A DNA stretch of 63,967 nt, the filler included, from Polymyxa betae A26-41 (Eukaryota > Protista > Endomyxa: Phytomyxea): the NCBI GenBank assembly GCA_003693705.1. It is 9 parts of 9 records of this genome, joined end to end, with 100 filler letters (N's around TTAATTAATTAA, not from the genome) between each part and the next. Parts side by side here need not be neighbours in the genome. Positions count along the whole stretch, not along the records: positions 1 to 24,947 come from RBZT01000456.1; 8 more parts are not named here. One strand, given 5' to 3'. Of this stretch, positions 1 through 12,806 are shown in pieces (position 1 is the first letter of the stretch; the number at the start of each line of letters is the position of its first letter). The notes under the pieces are model-generated. The model was not told the origin of the DNA. It worked only from the letters and a program-made list of their open reading frames with translations, and did not search any database. A program made the translations under genes and the position numbers.

Positions 1-1212
1 GGCACCAACTCATTGCTTTAAAAGTTATCAAGAGTTCACTCCCAACGTCCTTCAAAACGCCGGTCCCTCATAGTAGACTGGCAATGTTGTGGGATGATCA
101 TATACCTCCTGATGTCGACTCTTGCTTTAGAAGGCTCCTTAGTGCAGCGTTTCTGTCTTTATATCCGAATTGCACAATGCCTTTGCGAATCCGCAAACTG
201 ACCGGACTAAACGATTACCTCAACCCAAAGCAGGACAATTTTGTTGCCACTCCAAACAGCAATCAAACTTATAGCGACTCTGCTTATGATGTTAACTTGT
301 TTGCACAGAGTGCCCCGAAGAAGGATAACTTCGCCTGTTCAACTGGGTCAAACCCATTCAACAAAAGGCAATCTCTGCATTACGAAGCCTGCATCAGCTG
401 ATTTGATGTAAAGATTTTGTCGCAGGCAATCCATTTCTGAGAGCAGCAATCTTCATATCTCATCGAAAAACTATTTTACAACATCAATGAAATTTGACCA
501 AAGTATGATCAAGCGAGCTGAAGTGATTAATCAAGTAAGTTAGAAGAGGGAATCAGATTACATTTTGAATGCCTTTCAGGTGGATAAGAAGTTCATTATT
601 GCAAAAATTCCATATGAGGATCGCAATCTGATTGTTGCTATCGATCAGCATGCTGCTGACGAACGTAATGATTCTCCATTCGGGTCTTTTTAATTCCGAT
701 ATCGTTGCCCAGGCATTCAACTAGAAATGTTCAGATCCCAAGTTCGTTTGGCTTTGTCTCAGAACAGAATTGATTGTGTGATCCAAAGTCCAGTGCGAGT
801 ATTATATTGGAGCGACGAAGATATGTCTCTTCTCGAAACCAACCGGGATTTGGTCAAGCAATGGGGATTCCACATTCAGAAACTGAAGGACGGGAACTTC
901 GGCCTTCGTAATTGTCCAAGATTTTTTGATGAAACTCTAGACGCAGATGATTTGTTGAACTTCGTCAGGCAATTAGAGCCAAAGAGCGTTCGGAAATATG
1001 TAGAGCCACCAAAAGTAACAGCTGTATTATCGTCAAAGGCGTGTCGATCCGCAATTATGTTCGGTGATGAGCTAGACAAAGAACAGTGCAAGAAATTGCT
1101 TACTAAGCTTTCGTCATGTCAGTTTCCCTTCCAGTGCGCTCATGGACGGCCTTCCATAATACCACTAGGGCTTGTCGGCATTGGCATTACTCTAGAAAAG
1201 CCTCGCCTATAA
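1..1212 (+). CDS. MLH3: MutL homologue MLH3, 3' part (spliced; 5' end outside window)
   Basis: Joining exons across introns 368-425 (GC-AG), 535-579 and 665-712 gives EVINQ|VDKKFII...AIDQHAADE|RIQLE, the MutL endonuclease DQHA(x)2E(x)4E motif. It is followed by ACRSAIMFGD and FPFQCAHGRPS, the MLH3-type C-terminus. Stop TAA at 1210-1212. Confidence 0.9.
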
Positions 1213-2159
1213 CATTGAATTTAGAATAGGTGAATGATGATTTGAATAACGATTATCTAAAACATCACTCGATCTTTTGTTATCGAGTTAATGGACTTTG
1301 ATTTTGCGATGTATTATGATTCGTGATGTATTGGAACGATCTGCCAAGAATTTATACCAGATGAAAAACCAGCCCGGCTGTTCACAAGAATCGTCTGTGG
1401 ATAACGCCATGCCTAACCGCTCGTGATAGTTGAATTTCTGCGAAAAAGCGACGATTTCGAGCGTCTTTTTCCTGGCTTCACAATATTCCAGTTGGCACTC
1501 CATGTGCGTCCATAGTCCAAAACCTCTATTCTCAATTACCGGATGTCGCTTCAGAATCAACCCCTCACCAACTCCGTATTTTCAATAGACGTACCATAAT
1601 ACCATTTTCCAAAAATTTCATCCTGGTTCCTTTGCACATAAAGTTTTTATGACAGCCTTTATTATGTATTATAACGTACTTCGCTTCCCTTGTAACATGA
1701 TGACATGTGATCTTGTCCTATATAAATGTGACATGCTACTAGGGCGGCTAGAGGTAGTCCAAGAGTCATCCATCTATCAATCCTTCTCAAAGTCTCCTCC
1801 CGTGTGTGAAATTCGCTCCTGAAGCGAATGCACCCATTGGCTCTGGTGTGGCGGTCGTTTAGAGTCGACTGCCGTTGAACGAAAACCATTTTCAGCATGC
1901 TGTATGGTAACGTCACAACCTGCCGTTGTCATTCTCCTCTAGCTTCCTTTAAGAACGGAAGTATTGTGAGGGGTCCAGGGGTCCCTAAATGGACCCCTCA
2001 TACAACTGATATGTTGGCGGAGACCTCTTTTTGCCTTTTCATAGGTACAATCATCCATTAGCCACACGTTGCATCAGGTCCATGACTTCCGTCGTAGTCG
2101 TGTGACGGCTAGGTCCTGAATGATGGACTGCATTTGCCATCAGGCAGCCCAGATCAACG

Positions 2160-3080
2160 ATGGCCGATTCGGAATTCGACGTCCAGGCCAAGCATGTCGA
2201 ACGCCGGCTGGCCGAGCTGCGCTCCAGTATATCGGCGTTCGGGAAGCTGTCGTCGAAACTGAACGGCGAGGATTCTGTGATGAAGAAATCCATGTTGGGC
2301 CGCCCTGAATGATCAGATAAGGCTGATGGGGTTGAGTTCTGTCTTATAGACGAAGTGCCAGCTATGAAATCCAATCAGCAGCACATTCCATAGAAACGGA
2401 CGCCAATGTACTTTCTCATATTGAGCGACATCCTAAAGCACAGATTCAGGTTCGATTCCAGTCGCCGTGTGCCAATGCATATCTGAATTTGGGCATCAGG
2501 GTCAGCGGAGATTGAGACAAAATCGCCTCTTACGCGATTTGCATGCATTAAGGAAGCAATTCAAGACCATCAGCGAAACAGTAAAGGTCAATGAGCATCG
2601 GGAAGCATTATCGTTTAAGGAAGGGTTGGTTCGATTGTTCGTCACGTTGAGCTTCAATGATTAACATTATCGCACAGAGAGCGATGCAATGAGTTGCAAG
2701 GACTCCTGGATCAAGAATGTGACGACATTATCCTGATTGAGGAAGGTATCGAGATCGACCGGGGCTTGGAACAGGAAAGATCTAAGGAGCTCAGTATGAT
2801 CAACAAGAAAGTGTCCATGGTACAGGAAGCGTTTCAAAACTTTGCTGATATGACGACCCAGCAAGGCGAGCTACTTGGTAGAGTTGATCATTGATGCATA
2901 AAACGCTGAACGCTCTAACGATCTGTAGATGATATCGAGTCCTGTGTCGTCAGCACCAGGAACGATACAGAAAAGGCTTTGAAAGATTTGAATGAAGTCG
3001 CTGCTGCTTGGAACTACAATTTCCTGTACTTTCTTCTAGCTCTGATCGCAACCTTCACCGTCTACTTAATCGCCATATAG
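2160..3080 (+). CDS. Syntaxin (Qa t-SNARE, STX7/12/SYP2-like), spliced
   Basis: ATG 2160 starts MADSEFDVQAKHVERRLAEL (helical Habc-like). SNARE motif QERSKELSMINKKVSMVQEAFQNFADMTTQQGELL|DDIESCV, then a C-terminal TM segment FLYFLLALIATFTVYLIAI*. TAG at 3078-3080. Confidence 0.8.
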
Positions 3081-3179
3081 ACATCGAATCTGAAACAATG
3101 ATTTAATATTGAAATTATGAAAAACAGCTTCAATTTGCATCAGCGAATCAACTTTGTACAGATATGTTTCGGGCTTGTT

Positions 3180-4067
3180 TCAGCAAGGGAACGCCGAATT
3201 GCTACCTCGGTTGATGTGACTAAAGAACTCAGCTCGTGTTCTGGAATCCGATCGAAACAGCCCAAGAACCGACGACGTCGTCGTCGTACAGCCAGTCTTC
3301 TCCACACCTAATCAAATTATCAGACCGGCAATCGGAATTATCTGGTAGAGGCAACCTCGCATGGTCATGCAGAAATGCGTCGCCTCGATAACGACAGCGA
3401 CGCCTTTCGGGTTGATCACTTCTTGAATGGCGGCGGCGATCTGCTTGGTCAGGCGCTCCTGAACCTGGAGACGTCGGGCGAACATATCGGCGATTCGAGC
3501 CAGCTTCGACAGACCTAGGACCGAGCCGCGAGGAATATATCTACGACGATATTAACCAATGCGAAAGCGATACAGCGCCGGACCTTACCCGATATGAACT
3601 TTCCCAATGAACGGGACCTGATTACCAACATATCAATAGTTGTCATACAGACGATACGGGCCACCTACTAGATGATGTTCGCACAAAGAGTTGATCGTGA
3701 TATCCCTAACAACAACCAGCTCATCGACGTTCTCAGCGAAGACGGCGCCAGCAACGATATCTATGGACGATTAGCGCAGGCCGATATAGAGTTGGTTGCC
3801 CAGCTTGCCTTTCAGCGACGTCTCATAGCCTGATGTGAAATGAGCCAGGGCCTTGGCAGCCCGCATCGGCGTCTTCTGCAGGCCGGGGCGGGTCGGGTCC
3901 TCGCCCAGGCACTCCAGTATGATCGAGTATGCGTCCGCAATGCGTTGCAGGCGATCGTTGTTGTCCTCGAGCCGTTCGCCGTCGAGACGCGCGCGGTGAT
4001 CATCGCTGATCATGGACAGATCGGGCCCGGCGCCGTCGTCGGTCGCGGCCGTACTGTCCCCGCCCAT
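3180..4067 (-). CDS. GCH1: GTP cyclohydrolase I, spliced
   Basis: Motifs [27 protein letters not shown]|[36 protein letters not shown] and RTRAEFF, separated by short introns. TGA at 3180-3182. Confidence 0.95.
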
Positions 4068-4144
4068 ACTAGCACTACCTAAAGGGTGGCGGTGTCCGCT
4101 ACGGATTCGTCCCCTCATCAAGATCAGCAAAACTCCAAATTTGT

Positions 4145-5154
4145 TTATCTATGCTGATTATCGAATATCAGGTCGAGACCCGATTGCATACAGCCGTGGC
4201 AGAATCGTGATTCGGAATCGATCGGATCTCGGCAGGCCTGACACCTCGCCCATTGGTCGTCGCAGATCAGCTTCCCCGTTGTTCGGATAATATTCGATCT
4301 GGCGGAGGTAGTTCAGAACCCAACGCTGTCATAACGATAATGTAACGTTACATGCAAGATGGGAATGTCGATTGAAGGTCTTTCAGGAAGTGATAGGTCG
4401 TCCCATAGACGCCTTCTGAAGGCGTCTCGTCCGATACGTAATGCAGGTTTTGATATTCGGCCCAGATCGTGATCTGCTCCATCGTGATCAAATGTAGCGG
4501 GCGAATAAACAGGACGTCGTCGATCGTGGTCGATGGCTGGCATCGATCGACGGCGCCCAGGCCGCGACCGCCGCTGGCCGTACACGACAGCATATTGGTC
4601 GCCAACGTCTCCGAGCAATCGCCAATCAGAACAACACCGCTCCCCGATTGCCGAGCGGCCTGGCTGAGCCGATGAAGGACTTCAGCGCGGCGCCATTCAT
4701 GGAACGCATCGGGGTTGGCGATGTCGGGGACCGGTACGACCAGGTCGACGTGGGCCCAGTCGTGGCGTTCGAGCTGCAGCTGGAATTCGGACTGGTGGAA
4801 GTCGACAAAGACGGTTCTGATCTGCAGCTGGTCTCGAGGACGCATCGATCTCCCGAATAGATCGGCGAGGACGGCGGAGCATTTCCCATTCGATAGGCCC
4901 AAGACGAGGACGTCGCCGGTCTGAATCTTCGCGACCCGCATGGATCGCATGAACTTCTTCAACAGGAAATCTTCAAAGCAGGGCCTGAATTAGAAGGCGA
5001 TTAGTGGACCGAGACTCGCAGTCCTGGCAGAGCCATCGTATCATTACCCACAGAGAGGACGAATGGCTTCGTAAACAATGGGCCTTGGTTCCGAACATCC
5101 TGCACAGATTGCATCCGTCTCTCCTCTAATTGTTTCAGGTTCATTCTGGGCCAT
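4145..5154 (-). CDS. CTU2: Cytoplasmic tRNA 2-thiolation protein 2 (CTU2/NCS2), spliced
   Basis: N-terminal CxxC pair, degenerate PP-loop VLVLGLSNGKCSAVL, then VLIGDCSETLATNML, FIRPL, LQSTFPS|SNIIRTTGKL and C-terminal CQAC...FCHGC. Confidence 0.8.
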
Positions 5155-5456
5155 TTTCGCTTCAAGGAAAAATACAATCGTCAAATAGTCCGTAACTGGC
5201 GCGGTTTTGTAAAACCGTTTCGCACCTTTTATCCATAAAATCCCTAGAACATGCAGCAGCAACCTTACAATGAGCTTGAACAAAAGCCCCCCGAAAAATT
5301 GCAACTTGCCGTTCAAAAGAGTAAGGCTGTTATGATTAACTGAACGTAGCAAACTTCAACGAAAAGTCAGCATTTTATATATAACCTGTTAGGCGGTAGA
5401 ATGTTGTTGAAAGGATTTTGACTGGGATTCTATTTGTATGAGAGACATAACGCAAG

Positions 5457-5841
5457 ATGCAGTGGCGTGCTGGTGGTGCTCTGTCGGTTTACAGGTCCCT
5501 GTTGCGAGCATGCGAGATCGCGTTTCGTGGCGACTCTGCTATGCTAATAGGAGCTAAGAACCTGGCCAGGCTCGAGTTTCAAAACGGTTCAGTCGAGCGC
5601 CTGCAGGACGCCCGAGATGCTCGCGATTTCCTTCTTGAAAACATCATCCAGGTATTTGGATGATGAATTGGCAAATGTGATTCTGATGTTTCTTCTAGGG
5701 AACAAGCAATCAAGACGGGCGCTTTGGTCAGTACTATGGTTTTCAGAAGAGTTTATTGAGCATCGATTGAATGTTTCGTCAGAGCTTCATCTGAGACCAG
5801 AACACTGTAAAAGAAGCGAGAGCGAACTCCCCCAGTTCTAA
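5457..5841 (+). CDS. MZM1: LYR-motif protein, complex III assembly factor MZM1/LYRM7-like (2 introns)
   Basis: VYRSLLRACEIAFRGDSAMLIGAKNLARLEF...ARDFLLENIIQ|G...|ELHLRPEH matches the LYRM7/Mzm1 pattern. Confidence 0.75.
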
Positions 5842-6107
5842 TCTTCAGTGGCAGAGAAACCGATGATAATAAAACCGCTTAAAAGCATTCATTGTCTGTT
5901 TATCATCCCTCAACCTCATTGACCCGGTGAGGTATCTATTCTCAACCATTAGTTTGAATTAAGATGGGGTCTTGAGCCTCTGAGTTCCGCCCATATGTGA
6001 ATGATCTGTTTATCGCCTGGAGATTAAGGCGCCCTTTGTTGAAAATTTCCAGATACAGTACTGTAGAAAGTCAGTGCGCAGCCCTCGTGCTAACATTAAA
6101 CTCAATC

Positions 6108-9100
6108 ATGACGTCGCCCAATGACCTGGTTTCCTTTCAAATCGGTATTCGATTGTCTCTCGATCCTTTAAAGGTCGTCATAACGCTGTCTTTGTCTTAG
6201 ATGCTGCAGAACGGCCAGCGCTGGCACAGGCTTTGGCCAGGATCGGCAATGATCCTGAACGGCCGGTCTGCTTGTTCAGGCACGTGGTAATTGGCCCATA
6301 TTCCATTGTATGCCTCTGGATTGAAGTGTCCGAAACCAGCCTGAGTTCTTCACCGTTTATGGGGATGACGCAGAGATGATCGCGGCTGAATTCTTCTTGA
6401 ATAAGTCGTTTGCTCGCACAATGACGATCCCATCGGATGACGATGAAGAATCTTCGGATGATTCGATTTTTTACATCAATATCGCTCCTGGAAGGATAGA
6501 GAAGCTGTTGAAGCTTATAGTTGGTGTGAAACGCCGAGCAGTTGAGCTGTATGGACAGCCTAACCAAGAATGGGTCTCATTGCGAAAGGTTCAGTATCTG
6601 GGTTATTTTGATGGCCTGCATTAATCAATCCTAGATATACTCCGGTCAGCTAGAAAACATCAACGAGTTTCTTTTTGATGCAGCCGACGAATCGTCTGAA
6701 AAGTCATGTGTAATAATGGCCATATCCTCCAAGATGGTCAAACAAAATCAGGTTCAAGGACTCGTTTGAGCGTTAACTAAAAAACTGAATATCTATTAGG
6801 TCTTGGGTGTCGCTATCTTCAATCCTCTGATTCGGGAATTTGCAACTGTGGAATTCACAGATAATGAGGAGCTGTCAGCGGTTGATGCTCTGCTTATTGA
6901 ACACACGCCGAAAGAATGCATTATTGAAAGCGATATGAGCTTGAACAAGGACACTCTTACGCAGGCATGCTAAACTAGTTTTGTTAGACCTCTAGGCTGA
7001 TCGATTTGATTTCAGCTCCTATCAAGGCGCTCTATTCCATTCAGTTTTCAGTCCAAAACGATGTTTGTGACAACTTCACTGGAACAAGATTTGAAAAGAC
7101 TGCTCGCTATCAGCATTCAGCAATATTTGTGTAAGTTTGATTGAGACCGGCACTCCTTTACTGAACCGGTTCACAGCCGATCTGGAGAATGCTGTTGCAA
7201 TGCGATCGTTAGCGGGCCTAGTTCGTCATTGCTCAGTACTGGAAAATGATTCAATGAATGGAAAGTGTTCTTTAACGCGGCTTGAATTGCACGAATATAT
7301 GAAACCTTTGGATAATAATGCATCGAGAGCGCTGAATCTGTTCCCGTCAATGTTGGACCCAAACTCGGATTCTTCGCTATTTGGAGTTCTGTCCGTATTG
7401 CGCTTCTGTACTGTTTCGTCTTGTTGAGATTTGTTTTAGGAACAAGTGCAAAACGGCAGCTGGATCCCGATTACTTCAGCACTGGATTAAACAACCGCTG
7501 ATGTCAACTTCGCTGATTAACAACCGGCTTGATTGTGTTGAATCCTTGAGCGCTGGCAGCCATTCTAATGAATCCTTCCGGTATTTGCGCTATATATTGC
7601 AGCAGTTCCCTGAATTTCTGGGCTGTTCCTAACTTCAGTTTTTTTCTTTATCTAAATGTTCAGTATGATGATATTCTTCTGGTAGGGACGCGTTCCTGAA
7701 GAGAGTCCCAGATTTACGAAGGATTTCGGGAAAATTGCAGCAGGGAAAGGCTACTCTTGCAGACTGTAAGTTGAGAGTGAGTTCGCGAGTTTTCAGTGAA
7801 AGTGAAACATCTGCAGGTGTTCGACTGTATCAGTTCACTGTCAATTTACCACATGGCTTATCAATCCTGTCGGACATCGTCAACACCGAAAATTGCTCTC
7901 CCTTAATCCGGGACAAATTCTTTAAGCCACTACAGCAAATCACTGCCGATTTTCAACAGTTTAATAATCTGATTGAATCGACGTAAGCTATGTCTGATTT
8001 TCGGGGTCTCAGCATTGAATGATCTCATTCAGCATCGATCTGGATGCAGTTGATCGCCATGAATTCATCGTCCGTGCTGAGTTCTCTGAGGAGCTTCGTG
8101 CTTTGAAGAAGGATAAGGATGATTTGATCAACAAAATCAATAACCTGGGTTCAGAGGTACTTTAAACACTGATTGATTGAAGAAGTTCTACAATGTGGTT
8201 CAGCTTGATTCCCAAATTGGTCTTGGTGGTAAACTGAAAATTGATTCGAAAGATGGTAACCACGGTGCGAACAAATCTAAAGTCTAACGACTAAATAGGA
8301 TTGGGATATCACTTTCGCGTCAGCAGAAAAGAGGAAAAGCAGCTGCGAGGCTCTTCTCGTTTGATCTATTTAGAAACTCGCAAAGACGGTGTTCGGTTCA
8401 CGACGCTGAAACTTAAAGACCTCAGTACATCGTATCGCTCTTTTTGTTCCTGGAATTGGACTGCTTATCTGTAAATTCATAGTTACTCTGATATTGCCAA
8501 GCAATATGATCGGCTTCAAGGCGAAATTGCTTCTAAATGCATATCTGTTGTAGGTGAGACGCACCCGACTTGTTGCTTTGGTCTCGCCTAAACTTAGAAC
8601 TATTCAGCCAGCTACGCTCCTCTTATAGAACAGTGTGATCGTATTCTGTCTCAGATTGATGTCTTGTCCGCTTTTGCCCATGTTGTAAACCATTCCAACG
8701 GCTACGTCAGCAATGGATCTTCATTACGTATCCGCTCTCGCTGAATTGATTTTAGGTTCGTCCAAAACTGTTGCCCCTTGGCTCAAGGCATCTGGAACTG
8801 ATAAAATCACGACATCCTTGCCTTGAATTGCAACCGCATATTCAGTCATACATTAGCAATGATATCATTATGGACCCAGATCACCGATTTCAGATAATCA
8901 CTGGTCCCAATATGGTTGTTATCTATTTGTGGTCTGTACTACTCTGTTCTCATATTATCCAGGGCGGGAAATCAACATATCTTCGTCAAACAGCTATGAT
9001 AATCATTATGGCTCAAATTGGGTGCTTTGTCCCGTGTGAATCCGCCACGATGTCCATCTGCGATTGTATTCTTGCAAGAGTGGGAGCAAGCGATTCTCAG

Positions 9101-9781
9101 CTAAGAGGTATTCTAAATGATAATGGTCTACAACCCTTTGTAAAGTGCTCAATATTCTGTTAGGTATATCGACATTCTATGCAGAAATGCTGGAGGCTAG
9201 CTCGATGATTCGATCTGCAACGAAGAACAGCTTTATCATTATCGATGAACTTGGGCGCGGGTAATGCCAATGTTTGTCAGATCGCCTTGGGTTTTAAACA
9301 ACAGTGTAGCACAAGCACAAGCGAAGGCTTCGGTCTAGCATGGGCCATATCTGATTACATTTGCCAGAGAATTCAGTGTTTGGCGTTGTTTGCCACTCAC
9401 TTTCATGAGCTCACTGAAATCACGAATTCGTGTCCATCAATTGTTAATCGTCATGTGACAGCTCATACGGCTGATAATGAGATCACAATGCTTTATGAAG
9501 TTCATAATGGACCTTGTGATCGTTCATTTGGTATCCATGTGGCTGAAATAGCACAGTTTCCGTCTAATGTATGCATGTCAATCTGAATGCTTACAACGAT
9601 CTTGATTTCGCAACAGGTCATCAAAATGGCTCAAGAGAAAGCGAGAGAACTGGAGAGTATCCATAATACTGATAGGGAAAACGACCAGAAATTCTTCGAA
9701 GCTTTCCAGAATCTGGAAATTGATACATTAAGCGACCAGCAGCTCTTCGCCTCATGTCAGGCGATTTGTGAATCGTATTAA
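6108..9781 (+). CDS. MSH2: DNA mismatch repair protein MSH2 (~19 short introns)
   Basis: N-terminal FFTVYGDDA; SLFGVL|[20 protein letters not shown]; Walker A ITGPNM|GGKSTYLRQ; DELGRG|[17 protein letters not shown]; FATHFHELT; [19 protein letters not shown] ends at 9781. Confidence 0.93.
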
Positions 9782-9901
9782 TTCATTGTTAAAAAACATA
9801 AAAACTGAATCCCATTCATTTCAAATGATATCAATTTTTATTTCGTTTTCACCCAACGATCGCCGATTTCCGTGACTATCAAAGTCGCCAGGATATCGCT
9901 G

Positions 9902-10712
9902 ATGGGGGTCGATTTGCTGGATCTGTTCACGCCTGGCGCGTCATCCAGCGATATCGTAGACCAAGCCCAGCGGTCGCTGATCTCTATTGCATCTTTGACC
10001 CGTCTCCTGCTGGCCCTGCCAGCCCCCTCGTACTCCTTCGTAGCTGATCGCTCTCTATCCCCGCTAAGCCCGGCCTTATAGACCACTCTCTACACAATTG
10101 CTTCTGAACCTGGCCTTACACCACGCCGCCCGAGGCCAGCACGTGGCTTTCATTTCCGACCAAGTCAAGGTCGACGATGCCATTGCCAGATACCGGCCGC
10201 TGCCCGGGTCGTGTACGCCGCCGGACGCCTTGCTGGACCGCGTCCATGCCTTATATGGTTCCACTCTCGATGATGTCGATCTTATTCTCAGCAATTTCCA
10301 GCTGTTGACGTCGCCTACCTTGATTCTCATTGATGATCTGCGAGACTTTTCGCTGTTCGAAAGCGACCCAAACGCGATCAAGATTCGTTTGTCGAGGACG
10401 ATCGCCTTCGCGCTGGATGCAGCTGCGGTTCTGTCATGCGATGTTGTTGTTGCTGTTAGCGCCATCGAACAGGAAAAGTTGTCAATAGAACAGATACAAT
10501 GCTGTCTGTATCGTCTGATACCGAATCAGATCGCTATTCGCGATAAGGATCCGCTCGTGTCGCTAACGATGCCGACCTGTCTCAGCCCAGAAGGCAGGCG
10601 TCGCGAGAAGGATTGCTTCCCGGATCACATCGAGCTCACTATGCAGATCGATGATGAAAATCGTCTGCTGTTATCTAATTCGAAGGTAATACACACCGAC
10701 TCAATTAGATAA
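9902..10712 (+). CDS. RecA/RAD51-paralogue fold protein, SWSAP1 (Shu complex)-like; one intron 10030-10081
   Basis: LLLNLALHHAARGQHVAFIS...LLDRVHALYGSTLDDVDLILS...PTLILIDDLRDF...IAFALDAAAVL parallels SWSAP1 blocks recalled from memory. A Walker B-like LILIDD is present; the Walker A position reads PAPSPLST (degenerate). Confidence 0.6.
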
Positions 10713-11057
10713 CGTATTCAACTCTGCTTATCCATTGTTCGTTCTAAGTGATCGAGTGAAATGAATCAGGAATCTGTCAGGGAATCCATCAGCTGGAACA
10801 CTCGAGCTGGGAGCTGGGCCAAATCCCGAATCCCACGCGCAGGGTCATGATACCATTATGTTATCATAGAAAATTGAAAAAACTGAAATCGTATCAAGTG
10901 TATCGTTGGTGACGGTTCTGCCCTGCCAATGGTAACAGATGCGATGGGGATGCTTCACTGTGTCCTCATCTTTCCGGGGGCATCTGTTTTGTTAAGGGAA
11001 ATGAAAGCGATTATAGCCCAGATGCTGCGATTTTGGTTCGTGAGTGATAGCTACGTA

Positions 11058-11454
11058 CCGTACCGGAAGTCTTAATCCCCATGTACTGCCAAAATGATTT
11101 CCAAAATGCGTACGCATGTTTTCCTAGAGACTATCAGTTTTAAGAAGGCGTGACTGCGCACATTATTTTTTTCGATCCCTTTTGAAAAAGTGCGAGCGGA
11201 TTTTTACAACTGCGTGTGAGTTTTCTCTACAATCCCCCATACAGCTGTTAAAAATATGCCAGTTCATACGAAGTTTTTTCACTAAAACTCTGCAAATAAT
11301 AAATATTTTTGAGAAATAATTCAATAATCTTGCTCAGGACGATGAGATCTATCGATTTATAGGGAGTTTGGTGGCCGATGGGTCTTGGGCCCGGAGCCTT
11401 AAGGATTATGCGATTTTATATGGGCGCAGATGAGGATTAAGACTTCCGGTACGG
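11058..11454. mobile_element. MITE of Tc1/pogo type (397 bp)
   Basis: Perfect 21-bp terminal inverted repeats (TIRs) CCGTACCGGAAGTCTTAATCC / GGATTAAGACTTCCGGTACGG, flanked by TA on both sides (11056-57, 11455-56). Confidence 0.9.
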
Positions 11455-11466
11455 TAGGGTCGAGCA

Positions 11467-11786
11467 TCCACAGCGCGCAGTTCTATTCACGAAGTTAAGC
11501 TAAAATCGCAATAAAATAGCAAAAAATTGCCGCAGCGCACAGTTCTATTCGGTAGGTTAAAATAGATCTACGCTATTTTCCCCCGATCGTCGCTCAAATA
11601 GCACCTCAGCTATCCGCACTTTCTCTCTGGTTCTTAGGCAAAACCGAAATACAACTGCTGATATGTAATCCCCGCGATGTGAGAATTCGGCTCAATTCTA
11701 TTCTACGCGAATTATTTCTGCTCTATTTCAGACTACACTACAGTATTTGAGAATAGATTTGGACGAATAGATTTGCGCGCTGTGGA
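11467..11786. mobile_element. Degenerate MITE (possibly PIF/Harbinger-derived)
   Basis: Imperfect 22-bp inverted repeat TCCACAGCGCGCAgtTCTATTC vs GAATAGAttTGCGCGCTGTGGA, with internal repeated TTCTATTC/GAATAGA motifs. No clear target-site duplication (TSD). Confidence 0.6.
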
Positions 11787-11805
11787 CGGGCAAATAATCT
11801 AATTA

Positions 11806-12644
11806 CTGTAGACTCTCTTATAAATAATGTTCTTATAAATAATAATCTCTTATAATTGATACAAATGTGCTCTCCCAACATCCGTTCTATGGCTTATAAT
11901 TAATATTCTCCTGTATTTAATAATTAATAAGTATTTTCCCAAAATTAATTATAAGAGCGTCCATAATAAATTACATTTTTAAGGTTTTTTGAGATTATAA
12001 TCTCGTAGAAAGAACGAATGTCGGTTTGTTTTGGAAGGGATAAATGCTCTTCGGCTCGCTCTCGAGAGAATTCATCAAAAATCCTGCGTATTTTTTGTTG
12101 TCATTGAAATTATCAAGTGGAGCGTCGTCTAAGATTTGATGGCAGACTGGTAAGGCATTGATTTTCTCATTGGTCCTCGAGGTAGTTCGTAATACAGAAT
12201 CAAAAATGATTACGATGTGTTACGATGGCAACAGCAGCGTACATGGGCATTACGAGGTTTGGTCACAAAGTAGATATTCATTTATTATCAGAGAAAATAG
12301 CAATTAAATTGAGATATAGCACGTCAATTGAACTGAAAGGGCAGACAGAGGCTGGCATGAACGTCTGGCGAACGTTTTTTGGAATCCAAGTTGTTGATGA
12401 GTGTTGATTCATGGATCTCATGGCGATTACTACCAGTGGCCCCAAATCCAGGCATCGGACAAGCCACATACACTAAAACAAATCATTTCAAAAAGAGCGT
12501 CGAGACAAAGTGCGCTGTGGTGCAATTATAAATGCGTTACTGCGCAATCTTTTTTTGCACGCAATATTAAGCTATAAAAGACTCGCTCTTATAATTGATA
12601 CGAATTGGGTCTCCCGACCCTATTAATTATAAGAGAGTATACAG
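11806..12644 (-). mobile_element. Non-autonomous pogo-like deletion derivative (839 bp)
   Basis: TIRs CTGTAgACTCTCTTATAAaTAAT / ATTAATTATAAGAGAGTATACAG with TA flanks, and subterminal repeat CTCTTATAATTGATAC. A minus-strand remnant ...LSLPKQTDIRSFY resembles pogo/Tigger transposase C-termini. Confidence 0.8.
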
Positions 12645-12806
12645 TACTATAATTTAATAGGGTTTTAGTGTTTCCGCTGGACAATTAATCTATAAAATAA
12701 TCTAATAGTTGACCTACTACTTCATTTTTTTAAATTCTCAAATCGGAACCATATCTCGATCTCTCGTCTATAAAAATATTTTATAATTTATTAAATGAAT
12801 TAATCC

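Noticed and set aside
3180-5154. GCH1-CTU2 as a tRNA-modification operon
   Set aside because: Eukaryotic GCH1 serves folate/biopterin synthesis and eukaryotes salvage queuine. The adjacency is explained by compaction.
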